A stretch of 19,148 nt of DNA. It comes from Candidatus Hodarchaeota archaeon. Its GTDB lineage: Archaea > Asgardarchaeota > Heimdallarchaeia > Hodarchaeales > Hodarchaeaceae. Under the pieces are notes generated by a model. The model searched no databases. It saw nothing but the letters and a program-made list of their open reading frames with translations, and was not told the DNA's origin. Position numbers and translations under genes: made by a program. Below, piece after piece: positions 9,128 through 18,526 of this stretch. Position 1 is the stretch's first letter, and every line of letters begins with the position of its first letter. The stretch spans positions 1-19,148 of the forward strand of contig JAHQWW010000071.1 of the NCBI GenBank assembly GCA_029856365.1, written 5' to 3'.

Positions 9128-12100
9128 ATGTCAACAACTATAACAATTGTTGCAGAGAATTTTCGGGATAAAACACAAAAAATAGGAGATTCTCCGTTAT
9201 CTATCCCCAAAAAATTCGCAGATGTTTCTCCTGTGAAGGTAACGAGAATTATTATAGCTTTTCAAGGCAACTCTATCCTTAACATTGGAGATTACTTTTC
9301 TTTTCAGATTTCCTCCGAAAAATCTATAATCCAGATAGAAACTCAAACTGAATTGTATGTCCAAATTGATGAAATAACCTCATTTGAATCAATATTAGGA
9401 TATATTAATGAGGAGGAAATCGAATCAATCCTTCAAATATCTCCAAAAGAAATTAATTATTGGATTGTAGCAATTGTCCTTGGATACTATTCTCCAAGAC
9501 GAAAGAAGATACTAATGCCAGAAGATTCCCTCATAGGAAAGGTAGGGAAGATTTCTGATTCAGAATCTATATTAATTTTTCTAAACCAATATATGGAATG
9601 TCTATTTTACAGTTTCCCCCTTAAACTAATAAATTACTTAGTTTATAACTCGATCCAAGGAAGTAAGTTCTGTCAAAGAGGGAATACCAAGATTATGGAG
9701 AAAATTCTTCCTAAAATCTTAAAAAACGTCAACAAACGCTTTTTAAAATATGAAAATAAAGAATTTCTTAAAATATTTCCGCCGCAAACGAGTTTCGCCA
9801 TTGTAAAAGAAACAGCAAATATCAATGATATTAAGCAGGAATATATTGATTGGCTTGCTTCTAATAAACCAATGGTGAATTTTTTAACTGATATAATGAA
9901 ATACACTGAAAAAAAATTAAGCCTAATTGTGAAATATCGAGGGAAAGTAGAAGTAAATCCAAGACCACTTCCTGATCACATCAGAGAAATTGTTCAAACA
10001 GAACTAAAGAAATATGAAGGAAGACTCCAACCAAGAAGAAAACTGGATCAAAAACAACCAGTCTTTGCAGATTTTGAAATTGGTTTCACGCCAGAGAAAC
10101 AAATCGAAATATCTATCATAGAACCTGAAGTGAATTCACAGGTTAGTATTGACAATAAGAAACCAATCCCCATTGAAATCAAAAAAATCATCTCCAAAAC
10201 TAGTGAAAATCAAGAAGATATTAGTGAACTTGAATCTAAGATGAAGCTCGCTGCTCACTCTCTGGACTTTAAGAAAGCATCCAGAATTCGAGAGAGAATT
10301 GAAGAGTTAAAGGGAGAAGATAACGATAGAGAAACAGAAAAACAACCTTCTGACTTCAAAACGACTTCAGTAGAGAAGTCTCTTAGAACTCCCAAATTCG
10401 TACCATTTGACCAATACTGGCCAACCTTAGACACCCTGAATGAGGATCAAAAGAGGTGGTACGATTATTGGGTGTCAGAAATCGAAAACGGACATTATTA
10501 TCCAACCGATTTGTCATATATTTTTCTTTATATTTATCAAGCACTTGATTATGAAGATAAAGAAAAAGGCTATCGCATTTTACGGGACCTTTGGATTCAT
10601 TATCGAAAAGAACATCCTAAACTGGATCGTTACTTGATTGATTGGATAACGGATTATATTCTTCTTCATAAATGTCATTATGATCAAAGGACTATACTAA
10701 AGGAATTATTCAAATTTCATTCAAAATACACACTTGAATGTCTTGATTCAATACTGACATTATTTCCCCCTCGCTCATTTAAAGAAATGCCAATTGATTG
10801 GATTAATGTTCTGACAAATAACAGTATAAGAAGTAGTTCATTTTATGTGTCGAAACCCAATGTCATGAATGAAATAATACCTGAAGTACTTGATGCAATT
10901 GATCGATATTATCATGAGAATGAAAATATAGGCTTATTAGAGAAATTTAAACCTGATAAAGTCACACGGTTCGTTTTTGATCGAGCACTCAAGGATGAAA
11001 GTTATCTTACTAAGACTATTGAAGTTTTATCCTACACAAAATCGCTACCTCTTCTTGTTTTCATCTCCGAGGTTGTAAGCACAACAGAAAGTAAACTACG
11101 TAAGTATTATCGTTTTCCAGCCCTTCCTCATATTAGTATATTAGAAAGAGAAATCGAAAAAGTAATTGAAACCACATTTACGAAATTTATCAATGAGTTG
11201 AGTCAAACAGAACGTGAGACAGAATTATCCTTCATTGATGCAGCTCAGAAATATGTTGACAGAGTTGAAGATGACGATAACGCTAAACCTGTTCCTCTCT
11301 ACCAATTTCAACCAAATTATCAAGATATGACAAAAGCTCAGTTGAAATGGTACTTTTATTGGCGTAACCACATCAGGAATGGAAATTTTCTTTCTACTCA
11401 GATTGGGTACATTATTTTATATATTTATGAAATTATCAATGATATTGGAACCCAGGATCATCAGGAGGGTTATAAACGATTATTAGCTATCTGGGAATAT
11501 TATCGTATTGATAATCCTGAATTGGATGAATATTTACCTGAGTGGATCGTGGAATATTCAATACTAAAAGAAATTCCTGTTGATGGTATCGAAAAACTCT
11601 ATCATAATATCTTAAAAAGATTAGATAGGAGAGAACAAAGAGATCTCCGATATGAATTAACGGAACTCCTACTTTCTCAGTATCATCATGAAGTATTTAA
11701 CAAAATTCCAATCAAAATGATCTATGAGCTCGTAGGATATCTTAATTTTTTACCCTATACCAGATTAAACAAATCTGTTCGGCTCACAATGGATCAACAC
11801 GTTAGTACTATCCTAAATGAAGTGAATCAATACTATTTGCAAAAGTACAAAAAATCTTTGTTTGAATTCTATCACCCAACCAAGAAAAGGAGAATCCCCT
11901 TTGTTCTCGCCCGATATTTTGGTGATATCGATATTATGGAGGTAAAAAGCTACACACGACAATTCTTAAATTTTTTAGATAATACCATAAGATTTATCCA
12001 TAATCGTTTTCGTGATATCGAGTTAGATACAACCAAAACCCGATTAAAGGCTGAAATTCCTGATCCTGAAGTTGAAGCATTAATTGATCATTATTTTGTT

Positions 12101-12622
12101 GATAACTTAAATGCCACAAACATCACCCCTAAATATTCTAAAATAGCATTACAGGTTCAAAGTGGCGATCTAGGTGTAGACCAAACTAAAATAAAAGCAT
12201 TAACCGAAGAATCTGATGAAATTCAAATCCTTTTAACAAGCTCAGATACATTTGAGTTTGAGGAGGAAGAATCTGTACCAGCGTTAGAAGAAGTTCAAGA
12301 AGAAGTTGAAGTAATGGTTAATCAAGAATCTGTTCAGGAAGTAGAAGCAAGCGAACCAGATGAGTGGGAACTATTCAGATTAAAATTGACTGATCTTCAA
12401 TTAAGAATTTTAACGATATTAATAACCAGTGAAAACCCTAAAGAGCAATTAAATCAAATAGCTGAACAAACTGGGACGTTACCAGAAGCGATAATAGAGT
12501 CAATAAACGAAACTGCAATTGAGATCATAGATGATGTAATAATAGATGGTGAACTCCTTAAACTAATAGATGAGTATTTAGATAATATTAAGTCAATTAT
12601 CAAGATATTATGGTGTAAGTAA
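9128..12622 (+). CDS. sngA: Shango SngA-like protein: unknown N-terminal region, UVR (UvrB/C) motif, two TerB_N domains, acidic linker, TerB_C
   Basis: TerB_N signature twice (FVPFDQYWPT...QKRWYDYW...TDLSYIFLYIYQ; PVPLYQFQPNY...QLKWYFYWR...TQIGYIILYIYEIIN); TerB_C signature LPEAIIESINETAIEIIDDVII; followed by a DUF2791 ATPase and helicase genes. ATG 9128 after GGTAGG is preferred over TTG 9107. Confidence 0.85.
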   Translation: MSTTITIVAENFRDKTQKIGDSPLSIPKKFADVSPVKVTRIIIAFQGNSILNIGDYFSFQISSEKSIIQIETQTELYVQIDEITSFESILGYINEEEIESILQISPKEINYWIVAIVLGYYSPRRKKILMPEDSLIGKVGKISDSESILIFLNQYMECLFYSFPLKLINYLVYNSIQGSKFCQRGNTKIMEKILPKILKNVNKRFLKYENKEFLKIFPPQTSFAIVKETANINDIKQEYIDWLASNKPMVNFLTDIMKYTEKKLSLIVKYRGKVEVNPRPLPDHIREIVQTELKKYEGRLQPRRKLDQKQPVFADFEIGFTPEKQIEISIIEPEVNSQVSIDNKKPIPIEIKKIISKTSENQEDISELESKMKLAAHSLDFKKASRIRERIEELKGEDNDRETEKQPSDFKTTSVEKSLRTPKFVPFDQYWPTLDTLNEDQKRWYDYWVSEIENGHYYPTDLSYIFLYIYQALDYEDKEKGYRILRDLWIHYRKEHPKLDRYLIDWITDYILLHKCHYDQRTILKELFKFHSKYTLECLDSILTLFPPRSFKEMPIDWINVLTNNSIRSSSFYVSKPNVMNEIIPEVLDAIDRYYHENENIGLLEKFKPDKVTRFVFDRALKDESYLTKTIEVLSYTKSLPLLVFISEVVSTTESKLRKYYRFPALPHISILEREIEKVIETTFTKFINELSQTERETELSFIDAAQKYVDRVEDDDNAKPVPLYQFQPNYQDMTKAQLKWYFYWRNHIRNGNFLSTQIGYIILYIYEIINDIGTQDHQEGYKRLLAIWEYYRIDNPELDEYLPEWIVEYSILKEIPVDGIEKLYHNILKRLDRREQRDLRYELTELLLSQYHHEVFNKIPIKMIYELVGYLNFLPYTRLNKSVRLTMDQHVSTILNEVNQYYLQKYKKSLFEFYHPTKKRRIPFVLARYFGDIDIMEVKSYTRQFLNFLDNTIRFIHNRFRDIELDTTKTRLKAEIPDPEVEALIDHYFVDNLNATNITPKYSKIALQVQSGDLGVDQTKIKALTEESDEIQILLTSSDTFEFEEEESVPALEEVQEEVEVMVNQESVQEVEASEPDEWELFRLKLTDLQLRILTILITSENPKEQLNQIAEQTGTLPEAIIESINETAIEIIDDVIIDGELLKLIDEYLDNIKSIIKILWCK

Positions 12623-12657
12623 GATCCTATCATATTTACTTGGAAGGACGTAATGTA

Positions 12658-13989
12658 ATGATGTCAAAGAAAAGGATACCTCAACGTGTATCAGCGACAA
12701 TACTTAAATCCTTGAGTGCTGGTGTAGTACCTCGTATAGGCTTAGAACACATAGCTGTAGGCCGAAAAGAGGAAATAGAATCATTATTAGAAGATTTGGA
12801 AAACATTGAAGTTGGTAGTGCAGCTTTTCGGTTTTTCATTGGACGATATGGATCGGGAAAGAGTTTCTTAATTCAACTCCTAAGAAACTATGCAATGGAT
12901 CGGGATTTTGTGGTTGCTGATGTAGATTTATCCCCAGCTCGACGATTCATTGGAGCAGGAAACAAAGGTGTTGCTACGTATCGTGAGCTCATTTCAAATA
13001 TGTCCACAAAAACACGTCCTAGTGGTGGCGCATTAACAGCTATTTTAGAGAAATGGATATCCAAGATCCAATCCACAGTGATCACCGAAAAAGGAATCAA
13101 ACCTACTGATCCTGTTTTTGTTGATCAGGTGGAAACAGAGATAATAAATGCCGTAAATAATATAAAAGATCTCGTTCATGGCTTCGACTTTGCTATCGTC
13201 ATCTCAACATATTGGCGAGGTCATAAACTAGGTGAGGAAGAAACAAAAGAAAAGGCACTTCGATGGTTACGAGGGGAATATACTACAAAAACTGAGGCAC
13301 GAAATAGCATAAGTGTTAGTATCATTGTTGATGATGATTCTTGGTATGATTATATCAAATTATTGGCACGATTTGTCACAGAAATTGGATATAAAGGATT
13401 ATTAATCTTTTTTGATGAAGCTGTCAACTTGTATAAGATAACTCATACTCAATCGCGGACTAATAACTATGAAAAACTGTTAACAATGTATAATGACACT
13501 ATGCAAGGAAAAGCTGAATATCTAGGAATTTTTGTTGGAGGAACACCCCAATTTCTTGAAGATAGACGAAGAGGTCTCTATAGTTATGAAGCACTCCATT
13601 CTCGTCTCGTTGAAAGTCGGTTTACTAAAAATGGTTTGCGTGATATATCAGGCCCCGTTATAAAACTTGAACGGTTAACCTTGGAAGAGATTTTTGTACT
13701 TTTAACTCGTGTTATGAATGTTCATGCTCTCCACTATAAATATGAAGCATTCTTAACTAATGATGAGCTTCAAGAATTCATTAAAGTAATAGTCAGTCGC
13801 ATTGGAGCTGATAAACTCCTTACTCCTCGTGAATTTGTTCGGGAGTTCATTATCTTATTAAATGTCTTAAGAAGAAATCCACAACAATCCTTCTTAGGTT
13901 TAATTCATGGAGAAGACTTCAAACCACAAGTTCCAAGCCAGTTAGATGAATCTGTACAAGGAACGGAATATGAGGAATTTACCTTATGA
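12658..13989 (+). CDS. sngB: Shango SngB-like P-loop ATPase (DUF2791 / BrxD family)
   Basis: SLSAGVVPRIGL...VGR..E N-terminus, Walker A GRYGSGKS, Walker B LLIFFDEA, RRGLYSYEALHSRL, TPREFVREF. ATG 12658 or 12661 follows GGAAGGA. Confidence 0.9.
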   Translation: MMSKKRIPQRVSATILKSLSAGVVPRIGLEHIAVGRKEEIESLLEDLENIEVGSAAFRFFIGRYGSGKSFLIQLLRNYAMDRDFVVADVDLSPARRFIGAGNKGVATYRELISNMSTKTRPSGGALTAILEKWISKIQSTVITEKGIKPTDPVFVDQVETEIINAVNNIKDLVHGFDFAIVISTYWRGHKLGEEETKEKALRWLRGEYTTKTEARNSISVSIIVDDDSWYDYIKLLARFVTEIGYKGLLIFFDEAVNLYKITHTQSRTNNYEKLLTMYNDTMQGKAEYLGIFVGGTPQFLEDRRRGLYSYEALHSRLVESRFTKNGLRDISGPVIKLERLTLEEIFVLLTRVMNVHALHYKYEAFLTNDELQEFIKVIVSRIGADKLLTPREFVREFIILLNVLRRNPQQSFLGLIHGEDFKPQVPSQLDESVQGTEYEEFTL

Positions 13990-16223
13990 GTGACGCTATC
14001 TTCAGCCGTTTTCCTGCATTCATTCAAGAATGGATTTACTCGCATGGATGGGAGGAATTACGTGAAATTCAAATAGCTGCAGCTCAAACGATATTTACTA
14101 CAAAAACCCACGTACTATTAGCGACTGGTACCGCAAGTGGAAAGACAGAAGCAGCTTTTTTACCTGCTTTAACACTAATTCATGAAGATCCCCCTGCAAG
14201 TATTGGAATACTTTACATCTCACCTTTGAAAGCTTTAATTAACGATCAATTTAACCGTATAGAGGAATTATTAGAGGAAGCAGAGATTTCAGCTTGGCCT
14301 TGGCACGGTGATATCCCTCGAAATCTGAAAAGAAAACTAATTGAAAATCCCAATGGTGTTCTCCAAATTACACCCGAATCTATGGAAAGTTTGTTAATAA
14401 ACAGACAACAAGATTTACGTAGAATGTTTGGTGATCTCCGATTTGTGATTATAGATGAAGTCCATGTCTTTATGAACGCAGAGAGAGGGATTCAAATTTT
14501 ATGTCAATTAGAACGCCTAGGGAACATCATTGGATATCATCCCCGTCGTATAGGTCTTTCAGCAACTCTAAGCGATTATAGTTCTGCAGAAAAGTGGTTA
14601 AGTTCAGGTACCAATATTCCAGTGAATACTCCAAAGGTCCAAGGATTAATCAAAAGAATAAGATTGGCTGTTGAGAATTTTATTGATCCTAATCCTAACC
14701 CCTCTGGAATAATGCAATATAGTGAGGCTGGTGAATTAATTGCTCCTACTTCAGAACCCTCTTCTGAGCCATATCCCTCAAATTTGTATTTATTTGATCA
14801 AACGTTAAATCGTCAATGTTTGATCTTTACTAACACACGGGAAAGAGCAGAAACTACAATCAATGCGCTAAGAGCAATTGCTGATCAAAAAAAATACCCA
14901 AATCGGTATTATATTCACCATGGAAGTATTTCAGCTACTCTAAGAGAAGAAGCTGAAACAATCATGAAAGCAGGAGACATCCCTTCTGTAACAGCATGTT
15001 CAGTTACCTTGGAATTAGGGATTGATATTGGATCTCTGGAAAGAATTATTCAAATTGGATCCCCACGAACAGTATCCAGCTTTTTACAACGTCTAGGGCG
15101 ATCAGGTAGAAAAAAAGCTGATGTATCTGAAATACTTTTTATTCATTCAGAAGAAGAACCATCAGATAATAAACCACTACCTTACTTAATTCCATGGGAA
15201 TTAATCCAATCAATTGCAATTATTAATTTATATTTAGAAGAGCGTTGGATTGAACCAATCCAAGAATTAAAATCTCCATTTAGTTTATTATACCACCAAA
15301 CAATGTCTTCTCTCGCTTCAGCAGGTGAACTCTCTCCTCAGGCTCTTGCTCAACGCGTACTATCATTAACACCATTTCAACACGTTTCTCAAGACGATTA
15401 TCGTATTCTCATTCGTCATCTTATTGAATTGAACCACATCGAGCAGATTGAAGATGGAGGGTTAATTATTGGTTTAGATGGTGAACGAATTATACGTAAC
15501 TATCGATTCTATGCCGTCTTCCCTGATGTGGTGGAATGGACGGTAAAGGATGCAGAAGAGTCATTTGATGAAATAGGTAAAATTGGACAGTTATTTCTTC
15601 CAGGTGATCGGTTTCCTCTAGCAGGATATACTTGGGAAGTTAAAGAAATCTATCCAGATCAAAAAATAATAATAGTATCAAAAGTGGGTGGTCGTACGAG
15701 ATATTTTTGGCCTGGAGGAATTGCTCCTGTTCATACTAGGATCCTTCAACAGATGCGAAAAATCCTTTTTGAAGACAAATTTTATCCTTATTTGCAGCCC
15801 AGTGCCATTGAACGGATTCAACAGGTTAGAACACTAGCTCGGAAAGTAGAGATGGATAAACGAGTGCTTTTCCAACTTGCTGGCCATAAATTTGTCCTTA
15901 TCCCTTGGGCTGGATCAATTTCATTTCGTACAATCGGAAGAATATTAGAATTCCATTCTGAAGAATTGGGGATCAGAAGTATAAGTCAACAATCTCCCTA
16001 TTTCTTTTTATTTGAAGCAGAGGATCAATCAAGAGATAATCTTGAATTAGTAATTAAGAAATTGTGTAGTAGAATTAAATCACCTTCTGAACTTATCAAA
16101 GAGGATGAGATCTTTGTCTGGCGGAAATTTGATCAATATATTCCGATGAATCTCCAACAGCAGACATTGATGGATGATTATTTGGATTTGGAAGAAGTTA
16201 AAGATATTATCCAAAGCTGGTGA
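13986..16223 (+). CDS. sngC: Shango SngC-like Lhr-family SF2 DEAD/DEAH helicase, copy 1
   Basis: TASGKTEAAF, PLKALINDQ, TPES, DEVH, SAT, TLELGIDIG, QRLGRSGR; ATGA overlap with the ATPase stop. Confidence 0.92.
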   Translation: MSDAIFSRFPAFIQEWIYSHGWEELREIQIAAAQTIFTTKTHVLLATGTASGKTEAAFLPALTLIHEDPPASIGILYISPLKALINDQFNRIEELLEEAEISAWPWHGDIPRNLKRKLIENPNGVLQITPESMESLLINRQQDLRRMFGDLRFVIIDEVHVFMNAERGIQILCQLERLGNIIGYHPRRIGLSATLSDYSSAEKWLSSGTNIPVNTPKVQGLIKRIRLAVENFIDPNPNPSGIMQYSEAGELIAPTSEPSSEPYPSNLYLFDQTLNRQCLIFTNTRERAETTINALRAIADQKKYPNRYYIHHGSISATLREEAETIMKAGDIPSVTACSVTLELGIDIGSLERIIQIGSPRTVSSFLQRLGRSGRKKADVSEILFIHSEEEPSDNKPLPYLIPWELIQSIAIINLYLEERWIEPIQELKSPFSLLYHQTMSSLASAGELSPQALAQRVLSLTPFQHVSQDDYRILIRHLIELNHIEQIEDGGLIIGLDGERIIRNYRFYAVFPDVVEWTVKDAEESFDEIGKIGQLFLPGDRFPLAGYTWEVKEIYPDQKIIIVSKVGGRTRYFWPGGIAPVHTRILQQMRKILFEDKFYPYLQPSAIERIQQVRTLARKVEMDKRVLFQLAGHKFVLIPWAGSISFRTIGRILEFHSEELGIRSISQQSPYFFLFEAEDQSRDNLELVIKKLCSRIKSPSELIKEDEIFVWRKFDQYIPMNLQQQTLMDDYLDLEEVKDIIQSW

Positions 16224-18508
16224 GGGATCTGGCCTCAGATCAATTCTATCGATTAGCTCCATGGATTCAAGAGTGGATTTATCGGCAACAATGGGAGGTT
16301 TTTAGACCAATTCAAGAAGAGGCTTGTAAAGTCATTTTCGACAGTCCTCATCATCTTCTGTTAGCAACTGGGACTGCTAGTGGGAAGACTGAAGCTGCTT
16401 TATTTCCCATCTTGACTCTATTGGATCAAAACCCTTCCACAAGCGTCGGTGTTTTATATATCGGACCATTAAAAGCCCTTATTAATGACCAGTTCCAGCG
16501 AGTCGAAGATCTCCTCCAAGAGGCAGACATAAAAGTTTGGCGATGGCACGGAGACGTTCCACAGAGTCATAAATCTAAATTAGTACAAAATCCAAGCGGA
16601 ATATTGCAAATAACTCCAGAATCATTAGAAAGCTTATTGATTAATCGTACTGCTAATTTACGTAGACTTTTTGGTGATTTAAGATTCATTATTATTGATG
16701 AAGTTCATGCATTCATGCCTCAATTATCTGATAGAGGAAGACAGGTTATTTGTCAACTCGAACGTCTTCAAGAGTATACAACCCGAATTACACCACGACG
16801 AGTAGGTCTTTCAGCTACTCTTGGTGATTATTCCTATGCAGAACAGTGGTTAGCATCAGGTACTACTCTACCTGTTGTAACTCCGATAACAAATGAACCC
16901 TCGAAAAAGCTTCGAATTGGTATTGAACATTTTACCGAAACAACATGGTACCAAGCAAAGATGAGAGGCCAACCCCCACCACGCGGCCTTGACCTCCCGT
17001 CCCATAGATGGATCTTTGATTTAACTTTAGGAAGAAAATGTATTATATTCCAGAATGATCGTGAACGAACTGAGTTAATAACTCATGGATTGCGAGAGAT
17101 TGCAGAATCAAAAGGTTTACCAGATGTTTACCATTCACATCATTCCTGTATTGCTGGTCTGTTAAGAGAAGATGCAGAAGAGTTTTTGAAAGAAAAGAAT
17201 GGAGTTCCTCATGTTGTTGCAGCAACTATGACACTAGAACTAGGTATTGATATTTCTGACATTGAAAGAATTATTCATGTTGATAGCCCTCATGCTGTAT
17301 CCACTTTCGTGCAACGTTTGGGAAGATCTGGTCGAGTGAATAATGCATCTGAGATGTTATTTGCTATTTCGGAGAATCCTAAATCCCCGCGTACTCCTCT
17401 TGTATATCAACTCCCTTTTAGGTTATTACAAGCCATGGCTGTTGTGCAGCTCTATCTTGATGAAAGATGGATCGAACCAGCTATTCCACTCAAAAAGCCA
17501 TTTTCCATATTATTCCACCAAACCATGTCAATTCTAGCTGCAGCTGGCGAGCTTTCTCCTCAAGGGTTAGCCAAAAGAGTATTATCTCTGACTCCTTTTA
17601 AAAATATTAACATGAACGAATTTCGTGTATTATTAAACCATCTAATTAACAATGATTATATAGAGCAAATTCAAGATGGTGGACTCATTCTTGGCTTAGC
17701 TGGAGAGAAAATTGTCCGAAACTACCGCTTTTATGCTGTATTTCGAGACTACGCAGTTGACTATTCAGTCAAAGAGGGAACACATGAAATTGGCCATATT
17801 GAACAACTCCTTGAACCAGGTGATCAATTGTTAATTGGGGGGTATCCTTATCGAATAACTCAAGTTTATCCCAAACAAAAGGTTATGCTAGCAGAAAAGA
17901 TAAATGAAAAACCATTGTATGTATGGCCAGGGAGATTAGCTCCTGTTCATACCAGAGTTCTTCAACGAATGCGGCGTTCTCTCTTTGAAGATCAAAGTTA
18001 TTCATTTCTTCAGAGAGCAGCAAGACTTCGTCTGGAAGAAGGACGTCTATTCGCAAAAGCGCAACAGTTAGACAGGAAGGTTTTATTGCAGGAGTCAAGA
18101 AACAGATATAGTCTACTACCGTGGATGGGATCCACACCCTTTAGGACACTTCTTCGTATATTGAAATTTTTAGGCCCAGACACTCTAGGCATTAGATGGT
18201 TACAGCCTGAACCTGTTACGACAACTGATCCCCATCTTCCAGTCCATGTGGTTCAATTTGAAACAAGTAGTTATAATAACGTTAATTCTCTATATAGGGA
18301 TCTATACAATCTAGTAGAAAGCGTTACAGAGAAAGAATTACATCGACTATATGAGCAGACTGAGAAGTTCATTTATGAACGCTACCATCATTTATTACCA
18401 ATAGAATTGCAGCGGGAGGTCTTAGTTCATAACTATCTAGATCTAAATGAGCTGAAGGATGTTATTCGTACGTGGGAGGATTATTCCATTTACTGGCATA
18501 ACGAATAG
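16220..18508 (+). CDS. sngC: Shango SngC-like Lhr-family SF2 DEAD/DEAH helicase, copy 2
   Basis: Same motif set intact (TASGKTEAA, DEVH, SAT, TLELGID, QRLGRSGR); GTGA overlap with the copy 1 stop. Confidence 0.92.
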   Translation: MRDLASDQFYRLAPWIQEWIYRQQWEVFRPIQEEACKVIFDSPHHLLLATGTASGKTEAALFPILTLLDQNPSTSVGVLYIGPLKALINDQFQRVEDLLQEADIKVWRWHGDVPQSHKSKLVQNPSGILQITPESLESLLINRTANLRRLFGDLRFIIIDEVHAFMPQLSDRGRQVICQLERLQEYTTRITPRRVGLSATLGDYSYAEQWLASGTTLPVVTPITNEPSKKLRIGIEHFTETTWYQAKMRGQPPPRGLDLPSHRWIFDLTLGRKCIIFQNDRERTELITHGLREIAESKGLPDVYHSHHSCIAGLLREDAEEFLKEKNGVPHVVAATMTLELGIDISDIERIIHVDSPHAVSTFVQRLGRSGRVNNASEMLFAISENPKSPRTPLVYQLPFRLLQAMAVVQLYLDERWIEPAIPLKKPFSILFHQTMSILAAAGELSPQGLAKRVLSLTPFKNINMNEFRVLLNHLINNDYIEQIQDGGLILGLAGEKIVRNYRFYAVFRDYAVDYSVKEGTHEIGHIEQLLEPGDQLLIGGYPYRITQVYPKQKVMLAEKINEKPLYVWPGRLAPVHTRVLQRMRRSLFEDQSYSFLQRAARLRLEEGRLFAKAQQLDRKVLLQESRNRYSLLPWMGSTPFRTLLRILKFLGPDTLGIRWLQPEPVTTTDPHLPVHVVQFETSSYNNVNSLYRDLYNLVESVTEKELHRLYEQTEKFIYERYHHLLPIELQREVLVHNYLDLNELKDVIRTWEDYSIYWHNE

Positions 18509-18526
18509 CTTTTACTGATATTTTAC

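Noticed and set aside
9128-12622. Tellurite-resistance operon
   Set aside because: No terC/terD/terZ genes; TerB_N and TerB_C are only domain names here, and the context is defence-like.
1789-18192. Short 60-92 aa ORFs in the track overlapping larger genes
   Set aside because: Antisense or alternate-frame shadows of well-supported CDSs, with no recognisable motifs.
12658-18508. BREX system (BrxD ATPase + BrxHI-like helicase)
   Set aside because: No pglZ, pglX or brxC in the window; the upstream TerB_N/TerB_C gene fits Shango instead.
13986-18508. Helicase duplication as an assembly artefact, or one frameshifted giant helicase
   Set aside because: The copies are strongly diverged and each has its own start, stop and complete motif set.
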